From assembly GCF_020745735.1 (NCBI RefSeq), contig NC_083415.1, forward strand, positions 28,386,964-28,450,963: a DNA stretch of 64,000 bases, given 5' to 3'. The DNA is from Hemiscyllium ocellatum (taxonomy: Eukaryota). Of the stretch, positions 51,210 through 62,885 are shown piece after piece. The translations under genes and the position numbers were made by a program. Below the pieces are notes generated by a model. That model saw nothing but the letters and a program-made list of their open reading frames with translations. It was not told where the DNA came from and made no database searches. Position 1 is the first letter of the stretch. Each line of letters opens with the position of its first letter.

Positions 51210-52194
51210 TGTTCTGAGAATATGCTGTTTTTACACTGTTAGATAAGTGTTGTAACTAAACTGGAACAGCTTGGCCGGAAACAAAGATAGTTATGGAACA
51301 TAAACCCTCTGACGACAAAATTTGTGACATTGGCTATAAACCATAAGCCTGTGTATATGGTTACATCAGGATGTTGCTTGACTAGTCTGTGGAACAACTT
51401 TTAGAATTTTGGCCAAAGACTTCAAAGGTTAATGAAGAGGACTTTTCAGGGAAGCTGGGCTGAGTTTCTGATGGTCACATCTGTTGTTTTCGCTAATGCA
51501 ATTGGTACTTAGCCACAGTGATAGTATCTGAGTAGTTTGTTAGGCCATTCCAGAAGGTAGTCAAGGGTCAATATATTGTTGCGTATCTGGAGTCATAGAG
51601 ATGTGCAGATTTCATATGCCAAGCAGTATTAGTGAATCAGATGGATTTTGCTGACAAAACATAGTTACATATTTTCCTGGAATACATTGACATCAGCTTT
51701 TTCTAAATTCAAGACTTATTAATTAAAATACAATTTCATGGTGAGACTTAAACATGATTCCAGATTATTAGACTATGCATCTGGATTTCTAGTCCCATAT
51801 CACAATTACTGTACTTATATTCCTGGTATAGTCATTGTTATAATCTCTGAAAATGTACCAGCCATTTTAAGGATCTCATTAAAAACAATGAAGTATTAAA
51901 TGGCCACTTTTTTTGGGTTGAAAAGAGCTGAACAATAGGTTACCTTTAAAAAAGGGATAATAGAATCACAGATCAAGTATATTCCCATGCAATGGAAAGT
52001 CTGAACAAACAAAGCCAGCTTCCCCTGTAAAACAAAAGAGATAGATTTGAATATAAAAAAAGAACTGGTACACTTAAGATAGATGACTGTAGAAACTATA
52101 ATTTTGAAAAATCCTGAATATGGAACTTTCAGAGGAGAGTTGGAAAAGCAAACATGCAATGAAAAGTCTGGTGGCCACACACGTAGGAAGCCCA

Positions 52195-53135
52195 AAGTCT
52201 GCTACATGTATGTTAACAGAAATTGGCCATGGTGAAAGCAAACACCATTGGAATACAAAGATTATTCAAAAATAATAAGGAGAAGGCATGGGTCAGCTAT
52301 CTGAACTTAAAGTTGATGAGGACCAGGAACAAATGAAATATATCCATGAATTCTGAAGCAAGTGAGAGTGGACATTGCAGATCTCATCACAACTTTTCAA
52401 TCTTGTCCCGAATCGGGGTGTGCTTGAGAACTGGAGAAGTGCAAATATTACACGTTTGTTCAGAAAAGGATATCAAGGTAAGCCCAGCAACTATGGGCAA
52501 GTCAGATTAACATCCATGGTGGAGAATCTTCTTGAAACAGTAAATCAGGACAAAATTAATGATCACATTGAGAAATGTGGATTAATTAAAGAAAGCCAGA
52601 ACGCTTTCTTCAGGTAAAACCATGTTTAATTAATGTGCTAGAGACTTTTTAAGAGGTAAGAGAGAGATAATGCTGATGAGGGTAACTTGTTGATGTTTTG
52701 TGTGTGGAATTCCAAAAGACAATCCTATACAACCCTAAAACACAGACTTGCGAGAACTGCTGTAGCTCATGGAATAAAAGGACAGTGACAGTATGGACAC
52801 AACATTGATCGAGCAACAGGAAATAGCTAATTGATATTTGTTGAGTTAGAGAAATTCCCAGGATTCAGTTTTGGGAAACCAGCATTTTTCTCATTTAAAT
52901 TAATGACATGGTCTTTGATGTGTAGGACACAATTTCAAAAAGAGCAGATTGGAAAAAACCTGGAAGCATTGCAATCAGTGAGAAAGATAGTGTCGAATTT
53001 CAAAGGGACATAGGCAGGTTGGTGGAATGGCAAACAGGCAACAGATGAAGTTCAAATAAATGTGAAGTGATGCATTTTATTAGAAGAAAATGGAGAGATG
53101 ATACAAAATAAATGGAACAATTCTAAAGGGGATGT
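52195..53135 (+). mobile_element. Old decayed CR1 ORF2 fragment
   Basis: ORF 52375..52617 VLENWRSANITRLFRKG..PSNYGQVRLTSMV..GLIKESQNAF. Confidence 0.82.
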
Positions 53136-54929
53136 GATGTGAGTTTCCCTCCAGCATTTATTTTAACCAGACGTGGCAGTGCTCATGTTATCTCTCCCAA
53201 TACAAGAAACTCGGAGTGAGTATTGTGACATTGAAAAATCCAATAGCTATTTATTACAGCTAATTATTCTACCCGAATATAACATTTCAACTGCGCACAT
53301 TGAGCAGCATACTTCCAGCAGCATATCACCCTTACTGTGATGATGGAGTAAGGTAGAGCGCAAGACCCTCAGGTCAGGTGCTATGATCAATGATGAATTC
53401 ATGAGCATGTGTCTTAAAGGTACACTGACATATATAATGTGAGACATTATACGACATGTCACTTTTATCCCAAAGGTGGAATACACTCAGATATCCATAT
53501 TTGTATCGAGGCATGTTGTCAATTCACTAAGCATACAAACAGATAAAATAGAATTTACAAGATTAACATTTCAAAACACAATGTAGCATTTTGGAGATTT
53601 GAAAACCAGGCCTGATCTGATGATCATATGTTCATCTGGAGAAATATGCATTGCTTTCAGTTGTATTTGTTTGACAACTTGATTGTGTGATGGCAACCAG
53701 CAGCAAAAACAATGTCACCACACAATCACCATCACCAGTTTTCTTCTTCACTCTATTTGTATATGATTGGTAGGCCAAATGTTATTCAGATTTGACCTTC
53801 TTTCCTGCACATGTTGCTGGCCTGCCAGTATGGCTTCACACTTGCCTCTATTTTCAAGTAACGTGTCCATTGTATTCCCCTTTCCCTTACCCAAAATATC
53901 CTTCCCAAGGCTTTAATTGGTGAAGAGGCAATGATTAATTTGATGATTCTCTCTAATGTCACAAATTAATAATCAAATATTTGCCATCCATTTCTTTTTG
54001 GAGAACTTTGTTTCTTGTAAAGAAATAGAATGCAATGTTGAGTTTATTTATTAAGTTTACTGTGGTTCTCTCTCCTTTTATTTATCCTTTTTTGCTTCAG
54101 TTTCTTTTCTTTATTCGGTTTAACTGCATCTTTAAGAATTGCTTGCTTGTGGATTAAGAATTACAGTTCTGTAGAAGTCAGTTTCTGACCATGGTGAGGT
54201 CTGGATACAGATAAATAACCATAATGTAGAGATTTACTTTTTGTCAGATTTTCAAGTTGTAAAGCCTATTGCTTGATTAGTTTATGGGACAGCTCTCTCA
54301 GTTTTGTCAAAAAATGTCCAGAAAATAATTGAAAGACATTGCATGGTAGACTGAGCTGTGTATGATTCTGTAATTTCCAATGTAGAGTTTGATACTGGAT
54401 GGTCTCTATGGTTTTATTCCTTGTTTTTGTTAAATGGTTTGATATGATAGAATAACATTCAAGGCCGTTGCAAAGACCAGTTAGTTCGGCATCTTTGCTT
54501 TGAGTTATAAGTCATAAATGATAGATAAAGATGGCAGACTTTCTTATGGAGAAGGCATTCGTAAACCAGATGTGTTTTTTAGAACAATTCAGAAGCTTTC
54601 ATGATTACTGTTACCAATACTTGTTTCTTTGTTATTTCAGATTTCTTTATTTAATGGAATGTAAATCTCCAAGTGCCACAGTAGGATTTAATTTCATGTC
54701 TTTGGATTGTTAGCCGAGTGACGTAACCATTTTGCCATCATTCCTGATTATCACTTGTACTGTCTTTTGAATAAGGCCCAAGGTTTTAAATGATCCCTGT
54801 GCATCAGGCACTTATTATTGATGGGATATGATGAGACTTGGGCAGTTTGTAATATTGGCATCTGCTTCACAATGATGGTTTATGCTCCCAGTGGTGAGAT
54901 GAAAATTACACATCCACCTATCTGTCCTC

Positions 54930-55175
54930 ATAACAAATTTCATTGCTCTTTGAAGAAAAGAGGGAAGCTTGTGAAGTATTCTGGACCACATTTATCATTC
55001 AACCAACAGCAGAACATCATATTGCTGTTTATGGGATCTTGCGGTTGGCATATTGGCTGCCACATTTATCTACAAACTGACAGAAGGTTCTCTACAAAAA
55101 TAATTAACTGACTGTAAAGTGCTTTTGGATAACCTAAAGATGAGAAATGCACCATTGTATATATGCAAGTACTTC
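54930..55175 (+). mobile_element. Old SINE (DeuSINE/SacSINE1-like), 3' part
   Basis: attgctgtttatgggatcttgc..attggctgccacattt..ctgtaaagtgcttttgga..tatatatgcaagt; reverse homologue at 61665-61990. Confidence 0.6.
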
Positions 55176-58084
55176 TCACAGACAATGAAAATGTAATCCC
55201 ATACAAGTGATTTCTTCTTTGATTATTTTCTATTCAACGTAGACAAAAAAAAAGTGAGGACTAACATTTACAATAACAGATGAAGTTAAAAGCAGCTCAC
55301 CCTGGCCATACACAGCAGGAAATGTTTAATCGCCATTATGGCTTATTGAGAGCAGGTTATTCATGTCCGCTAATTAGTTCTGCATTGCTGCTATTTGAGG
55401 AAGAGCAGCAATGCCATAAAGTCCACATAATTTGAATGTACGAGGATTGAGGACCATTTAGCAATTTTTAACAAAGAAAGGAAATTGAGGTGAAAGTATA
55501 TGCAATCTACCATAATAACAATTCGACATGGCTGAGTAAATAATGCATTAAAAATCATAGAGAAACAGTCAGCTGGAAAGAGACTTATTCTAAAGAAGAT
55601 ATTCAGACTAAGTCCCCAGAAAGTGTCTTTGCAAATCAAGGTGATGTGAAATGAAAATTTGTACTTAATGAACTGTTCAATGCTTTAGAATTATTTCGCC
55701 ATGCTTCATATGATATAGCAACAGCTCAACGTGGATGGTAATAGTACAAGCAGAAACTATTAGATATAAGTTGCTTTCTTCCCTGCAATGATGATGCTAA
55801 CATGGCCCAACTTTATACGATTCATTGCGGAAATATAAATGGAAAATAGCTGGAGCTGAATTTTTTTGTAAAGTTATTTTTCTATTTTATTGCTTTTTTT
55901 ATGAATCCCATTTTGTGCACTATTCGGTAGACTGGCCAGGGGAGCTCAGGAGCGCAATAAAGTAAAAGATATCATAAAGCATACAAAATCTAACAGCACA
56001 GGAGAATAACAAATCAATGCTTCATATGAAAATATATAAAACTATTGCATATTTTAATTATTTCCTCAGACACTGGAACAATGTACTACCACTATAATAA
56101 TCCTAAACAAGCATTATTAAAAGTAGAAATATTTTCTGAGGTCATTCCAACCAGCAACATATGTCTTAAAATGGCAACAAAGAAAACTTCTATGAAGAAA
56201 TACCACAATTAGGCTCTAAATATTAAATGATTATGAAGACTTGCAATTATCTTTCCCATGTCATTTTGAGTTTATAGCTGCAGACTTTTGAATGCTTCAG
56301 TGCAAGCAATGAACAGTAATGATATCACCAGAGGTTTGGCTTGCCTGATCCTCACAAAGTCTTATTGCTGAACTCAGTAATTTCTTCAACCCGTATTCCC
56401 AATGACCTAATTAGCAGTTATTCAGTGAAAAAAATAATTTTAGTTTTAAAATATTGATTCAAGAAAAGTAAATTATGGCTCTGATCTTCCGATAGTAATT
56501 CCTCAAGCATAAATTGGAGTTGCATATCAGGACCATATAGGAGCTGAATTCAGCTTACTAACTCTGCAACAATTGTCCTGGAAGTTGAAACTTTTGCTGG
56601 ACAATTGCCTAGCATCTGGAACCCTTCAAAATCACCCTTTAACTCTGAATAGTTAGCCAAGAAAGGTAAGAGGAGTCAAAATGAGCCACAAATCTGGGCC
56701 AACTGCAAAAATGACCCCTACCACCCTCCACTCTGTCTAATTCCCCTGAACTGCTCCCACTAAAAACACCTGATCATCCAACCAGATCTGACTAGTACAC
56801 ATAACTCTACCTCTGCCGAATGTACAGGGAAGACACTCCCTCCCATTATAGATCAAGGTGGCACAGAATCACAAGCTAACCCTAAACCTAAGCCTAACTT
56901 CTGAGCCTATTGCACCTTACCAGCAGGGGACAGGCATAGCCTATGAAGATAATGGGATTAACAGGTGTGGACACAAGTGAGCTACAGTGGGTCTGATGCT
57001 ACCAAAGTTGAGGGCATGATCTTTCCAAATCCACTTGTCCACACATCCTCTTGCCCCTCATCCAGGAATGCTTTCTCCTCTATAAGTTGCAAGCAGTGCA
57101 AGCATCTGCCCTCATTTCCCTCTTCTATTGCTGCAACCCTCACTTTGTACCTATGTTCTTTCAAATAAGACCTGCCACTTGGTTGAGTACCAATAAGGAA
57201 TTTGTAAGACAAGCAGGTCACAGATTATGAAGAAGCATCATCACTTGATCAGAAACTCACAGCCATCAGCCCAGATATTAGCACAATTTAAAAAACAGTG
57301 GGGAGTATTGATAGAGGATCTGCATGTGACCAGGCATTAAGCCTATGCAGGAGGATGAGATTATGGACATGTTCTGCTGTAGGCGACTCAGATGAAGACT
57401 TTGATATGGCAGGGTACAGAGAAAGACAGATAGAAATGCACAATAAAATGGTAGGTTGATTGACGAGCCAGCCTGATAATCTGCTGTCACTATAGTGGAC
57501 TAGGGAGGAAACTGGCTTCAGTATAAAGTCAGGCTTTGCTCAGCACTTGAAATCATTCTTTTCAAGATTTAATAGTGTCTAATTCCATGATAGCACTTGG
57601 AGATATGACCATTAGGTTGTTGGCCAATCTGTCAGCTTCCATTATAATGGCAGCAGTAGAAACCACCCAACACTGAAATGTTGCAATGGAACCTCAGAGT
57701 GATATCATTAGCTTCAGCATACCACATCTCTCACCAAGGTTTACACAATTCCAATGATTTGTTTGTAGTTATATTGTAGTTATTATCAATAACGTAGTTA
57801 TCATAGCCACCTTCCCCATCGGCCCTGAAGTCTGAATCTCTCAGAACAAGATAATTTGGAACTCTAACTGGTCACCCCAATTGTGCACACATGATTTTCA
57901 CATGAGAGTTCTCTCCCATTCCTGAAATTGCAGTTCTATGTTGTATGGCAGTTGATATCGTATAATTATCTTTGGCATATATCCTGTAGTAATCATATTT
58001 GGTCTTGCTATTTGGCTCAAGTAAGATGAATCTTTTCTTGTCATTTTCGAGATGTCTTTGATGTAGGGGAGAATGGAAAACAAC

Positions 58085-58938
58085 AACGCATACAGACCAA
58101 ATATTAGACTATAGAAACAATCATCTCAACGAAGCTGCATTAGAACATTAGTTCAATGAGCCACCACACACTGCAGCAGAGCAGAAGAAAATCACCTATA
58201 CAGTGTATTCAAAAAGAATGGGTACTGAATGAACGCAGTCTGCCTATTTCTCAGCAACAAACCCAAACAAGCAGACAAAACACATCCAGAAACTCTAGCC
58301 ACTCTCCCCTACATAAAAGACATCTCGGAAATGACTGCCAGACTACTCAGACCTCTTGGCATTATGGTAGTTCATAAACCCACCAAAACACCAAAACAGT
58401 AGCTAATGAACTTGACAGACCCTATACAGACAACAAGCAAAACTAATGTCATTTACAAAATACCGTGCAAGAACTGTAACAAACACTACATTGGACAAAT
58501 AGGCAGAAAATTAGCCACTGGGATACATGAACATCAACTTGCCTCAAGAAGACATGACCCACATGCACTAGTATCTTTAAATACAGAAAAGGAAGGACAC
58601 CATTTTGACTGTAACATCACATCCATCCTAGGCCAAGTCAAACAGAGAGGTGGAGGAGAATTCTTCAAAGCATGGCATTCCAACCAGAACTCTATCAACA
58701 AACACATTGATTTGGATCCCATTTACCACCCCTGAAAAAGAGAACAGTAAATGATGTCACCATAGGAAATGATTTCACCACAGGAAATAACATTGCCAAC
58801 CCAAGGCAACCCAAACATATAAATAAAAAGCAGACTACACCACCAGTGCTTCATTGAAATGCTCACTGGAGATGTTACCTAGTATGGTGACAAAATGTCT
58901 GAAAATGAAGCTTCCAGCTCAGCAAGCAAACCTGCAAC
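58085..58938 (+). mobile_element. 5'-truncated PLE (family D): thumb remnant, GIY-YIG ORF 58406..58735 and terminal repeat with hammerhead at 58863-58902
   Basis: KTNVIYKIPCKNCNKHYIGQIGRKLATGIHEHQ..AWHS..INKHIDLDPIYHP; tca-CTGGAGA-t-GTTACC-tagtat-GGTGAC-aaaa-tgt-c-tga. Confidence 0.9.
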
Positions 58939-58941
58939 AAG

Positions 58942-59308
58942 TGTTTGAGCTTTAGGGAGAGACAGAATAAGCTGGGGCTATTTTTCCTGAAGTGTTGGAA
59001 GATGAGATTCCCCAGGGTGAGGGAGTCCAAAACTAGTGGGCATAGGTTTAAGACCAAAAAGGAAACATATAAAAGGGACCAAAGGGGAAACTTTTTCACG
59101 CAGAGGGTGGTGTGTGTATGGAATGAGTTGCCAGAGGAAGTAGTGGAGGCTGGTACATGTACAATATTTAAAAGGTATCTGAATAGATATGTGAATAGGA
59201 GGATCTGGGCTAATTGCTGGCAAATAGAAATGGATGTATTTAAGATATTTGGTTGGCATGGATGAGCTGGACCGAAGGGTCTGGTTCCATGCTCTCCCTC
59301 TATGACTA
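58942..59308 (+). mobile_element. CR1 3' end
   Basis: GHRFK..GNFFTQRVVCVWNELPEEVVEAG; ctctatgacta tail. Confidence 0.9.
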
Positions 59309-59774
59309 TAAACCAGCCATTCTCAACCAGCCTTAGGGGCCCTGGTATATTTGAAGGGGGCCACAGACTGAAAATTGAGAAGGGGAATGCCAAGTGTTTA
59401 TGGGGACCCTGGTAACTGAACTGATGAAATATCCAAACCTAACCTAACCTGGAGCCTGAGATCATGAAACTTGCAGAAAAGCACCAAGTTCAAGGATCAC
59501 ATTCAATAAGATAGATGTTTAATTTCATAGAGTCTTTTTTTAAAGTTTTGTCCAGTGTGTCAGAATGTTTAAGTTTTCTTGTTGTTCAATAATAAATGAT
59601 TTTCTATCTGTTGGTTTTGTATCCCTGTTTGAAAGGCAGGGGTTGGGGGGGTGGGGGGGTGGAGCTGGAACCTGAGAAGAGCTCCAAAGGGGGCCATGGC
59701 CAAAGGACTATTGAGAATCACTGCTGTAAACAAATCTGAGCAGGTATGTGGGTTGTGAGTTGTAAAATGTCTTC

Positions 59775-60812
59775 AGGAGGCACATGGAATATAATATGAG
59801 AAAGCGTGAGGTTATCCACCCTGGTAGGAAGAACATATGTGCAGCATATTTCTTAAATGGTAACAGGTTAGAGAAGGTAAATATGGAAAGGGACAGGGCT
59901 ATTTTTGTCAATAAGTCACCTGAAAGCAAACAGGACGCAGCAGCCAGCTATTGGGGACGCTATTGGAATTTTAGCTTTTATCACAAGAGGATTTGTGTAC
60001 AGGACTAAAGTTGTCTTGTTTCAGAAAAATAGGTGCTTCAGATATACAGATTAGACCCAACTTGTATGCTGTGTATGGAGTACTGTGTGCAGTTTTGGTC
60101 TCCTTACCTCAGGAAATATACTTTTGACAGAAAGGGACTAGATTTGTTCCCTTCCTATGAAGAGAGATTGAGGAAACCGGATGCATAGTTACTGGAGTTT
60201 TGAAGAATGATGGTGATCTCACTGAAACTGACAAAGGTACAGAGAGTGTAGAACAGAAATTGTTGGAGAAGCTCAGCAGATCTGGCAGCATCTATAGAGA
60301 GAAATCAGAGTTAACGTTTCATGTCGAGTAACCCTTCCTCAGAACAGGAAGAGTCACTTGACACAAAATGTTAACTGATTTCTCTGCAAAGATGCTGCCA
60401 GACATGCTGAGTTTCTCCAACAATTTCTGTTTCTGATTTACAGCATCCACAGTTTTTTCAGTCTTTCGACAGGGTAGATGCAGGTATGATGTTTCTCCAG
60501 TGGAGGAACCTACATCTAGGAGACCAAGTTTAAAACATTGGGAATACTATTCAGGACTGAGATGGCAAGTTTTTTTTTAAATTCAGAGAATGGTAAATCT
60601 TTGGAATTCACTGCGCCAGAGAATTATGGAAGTTCAGTTTTTGAGTATATTTAAATTAACAGTTGATACATTTTTGACTGTTGAGTACATAAAGGATTGT
60701 GGGGATAGTTGGGTAAAGTGTATTGAAGTGTTCAATCTACCATGATCATGTTAAATGGTGGAGCAGGTTTGATGGGCTCAATGGTCTATTCCTATTCTGA
60801 TATTCATATGTT
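59775..60812 (+). mobile_element. Old CR1 3' fragment interrupted by a PLE hairpin
   Basis: tggagtactgtgtgcagttttggtctccttacct; tcagagaatggtaaatctttggaattc; homology to 15530-16458. Confidence 0.8.
60250..60466. mobile_element. Fold-back PLE-terminus mini-element (family C)
   Basis: Arms ~60252-60345 and 60346-60432; minus strand 60345-60310 gtt-CTGAGGA-A-GGGTT-actc-GACAT-GAAA-CGT-T-aac; homologous to 50917-51169. Confidence 0.82.
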
Positions 60813-60867
60813 CTGAAGGAGCAATATTGAATATAGGCATTCCAGAAAGAAACAGGAATTAGAATAA

Positions 60868-61169
60868 GTTTGTGAGAAGATTTGTAGCTCAGGTGCTCAT
60901 TGTTGTGGTTCTGTTCACCGAGCTGGGAGTTTTTCTTGCAAACGTTTCGTCCCCTTTCTAGGTGACATCTTTAGTGCTTGGGAGCCTCCTGTGAAGTGCT
61001 TTTGTGCTGATTCCTCCGGCATTTATACCAGATTCAAACCCGTATAAATGCCGGAGGAATCAGCACAGAAGCGCTTCACAGGAGGCTCCCAAGCACTGAA
61101 GATATCACCTAGAAAGGGGACGAAACGTTTGCAAGAAAAACTCCCAGCTCGGCGAACAGAACCACAACA
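60868..61169. mobile_element. Young fold-back PLE-terminus mini-element (family D-related) with exact 14-bp TSD
   Basis: Arms 60900-61028 and 61042-61170 match at 124/129, 13-nt loop; AGGAATTAGAATAA at 60854-60867 and 61170-61183. Confidence 0.93.
61093..61132 (+). ncRNA. Minimal hammerhead ribozyme motif with intact catalytic core
   Basis: gca-CTGAAGA-t-ATCACC-tagaaa-GGGGAC-GAAA-CGT-T-tgc; stem I GCA/TGC; mirror copy at 60938-60977 (-). Confidence 0.75.
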
Positions 61170-61664
61170 AGGAATTAGAATAATATTTATTTTATTTTTA
61201 AAGTGAATTCCAAGGCACCAGAGATGTGGTAAAATCCTGTGAAAGGAGTGTCCACATGTTGGCTTCTGTTCAACACAAAACAGGAGAATAAAATATATAC
61301 AATAACAACTTAAGAAGGATTTGGGCAAGGAACTTAAAATCAAGAATATAGGTAAAGAGCAGGTAACAGGATGACAGCTGAGGTGGTACTTGATGTAGTT
61401 ACATTGAGCTTTGTTGTCACGTATAGCAATTTGTACAAACTTTATTTTAGTTTTATATCGAAATGAGTTAATTTCATTGTCATGTGAATATCATCACTCT
61501 CCAACCCCCTTTTCACCATCATAGTATCTCACATTTTCTGAATTTCATCCAAAGAGCATTGCCAGAACAATGTTTACATATGTTTTTTACTAATTCTACA
61601 TTAATACTCTTTGCAAACTACAGTCCATGGTAATCCATGAAAACTGAATAATGGAAAATAAGAA

Positions 61665-61990
61665 AAGACTTGCATTTATATAGTGATTTTAATGTGAAAG
61701 AGCATATTTCTGTCAATAAATTACTTTTTAAGCATGATCACAGTTATAATTTTGACAATTTGCAGTCAGTCAGGTCCTATGATAGCAATAGAATAAAAAA
61801 GGATACGAAATGGCGCTAATGAATAATTGTTGGCGAGGACAGCTCCCTCACGGATACTAATGTGGCTCTTTTTTACATCTCTTAAAGTATTAGGTAAGGC
61901 ATTGGTGTAATGTTTCATCTAAAGGACTGCATCTCTACCAATATAGAACACCTCAGTACAGTCTAAATTGTGAGCTCAAATCCCTGCATT
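61665..61990 (-). mobile_element. Old SINE (DeuSINE/SacSINE1-like)
   Basis: gacttgcatttatatagtg..caatttgca..ttggcgaggaca..ttttacatc..tgtttcatctaaaggactgcatctc. Confidence 0.6.
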
Positions 61991-62789
61991 CAAAGCATGC
62001 TTTTTAATGATACACTCACATTTTAGGCAAAAATGTACCAGTGTTCTGATAATGTGAAAATTGGCATATATTATGTCAGAGGAGGAACGTCAAATCAATG
62101 GTTGGATAATTGAGCTGTAATATAATTATTTTAGGTAAGTGTAAAATTACATAGAGCAGAAGATCATCAGAATTCTTTCCAGATAATGTATTCTTTGTAA
62201 AGATTTTTTAATCGCAAACCACATTTTAAATATAACACATAATAAATTGATTAAATTTTGAACTGAAGAAAGGAGAATCGTAATATAGTTCAAATTAATT
62301 TCTTTGTTCTCTTAATGATGAGAGGTTGGAACTGTAAAGAACCATGCAGCTAAATCATTGAATACCAATAGATAGGTACAAAGCCACATCAATTAGGAGA
62401 ATGAGGAAACACAGCTCTGAGGTATTAGGCAGAGAGAAATGGCTGCATGTAGAAAACAGGTGACTTGCGTATGATTGAGGGTTGTGTGACTTGCAACTTC
62501 CTGCCTCAGAAGGGGATTATTGAATATTTTGGATTTGGAATTAGGTATTTTCTTTCTGAGGCAAAGGAATCAAACTTTGTCGGACAAAGATGGGAATTGG
62601 AAATTGGAGTTGAAAATGTGTTGCTGGTTAAAGCACAGCTCAAACAGGTCAACCTTGATACTGATGAAAGGTGGAGCAGTCTTGAAGTACCAAATGGCCT
62701 AATTCTACTGCTGATTTGTATGTTCATATCCAATTTGCTATCTGATTGGCCATGTTATACGATGTTCTTGCCACTTCGGCTTACTGACT

Positions 62790-62885
62790 AGAAGAATACT
62801 GCAGAAAATCAGCAGGTCTGAGTGCATCTGTGGAAAGAGAAACTGAGTTAACATTTTCAATCTGATGTGATTCCCATTCAGAATA
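62790..62885 (-). mobile_element. Decayed PLE terminus (family C)
   Basis: tcagcaggtctgagtgcatctgtggaaagagaaactgagttaacatttt..ttcagaat matches 60274-60345. Confidence 0.65.

Larger units (their letters stand above)
50290..51800 (-). mobile_element. Old LINE remnants (family of 42930-46052), interrupted by a PLE hairpin and (TG)n
   Basis: 50300-50430 is a diverged reverse complement of 45920-46050. Confidence 0.55.

Noticed and set aside
56470-57760. Possible ancient Harbinger-like transposon remnant (also ~1750-3650 and ~32100-33500)
   Set aside because: Only a vague resemblance; I could not read a convincing transposase motif or terminal inverted repeats
60230-60485. TSD for the 60250-60466 hairpin (gacaaaggta / gacagggta)
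   Set aside because: Too degenerate, and host sequence is deleted nearby; not counted as a TSD
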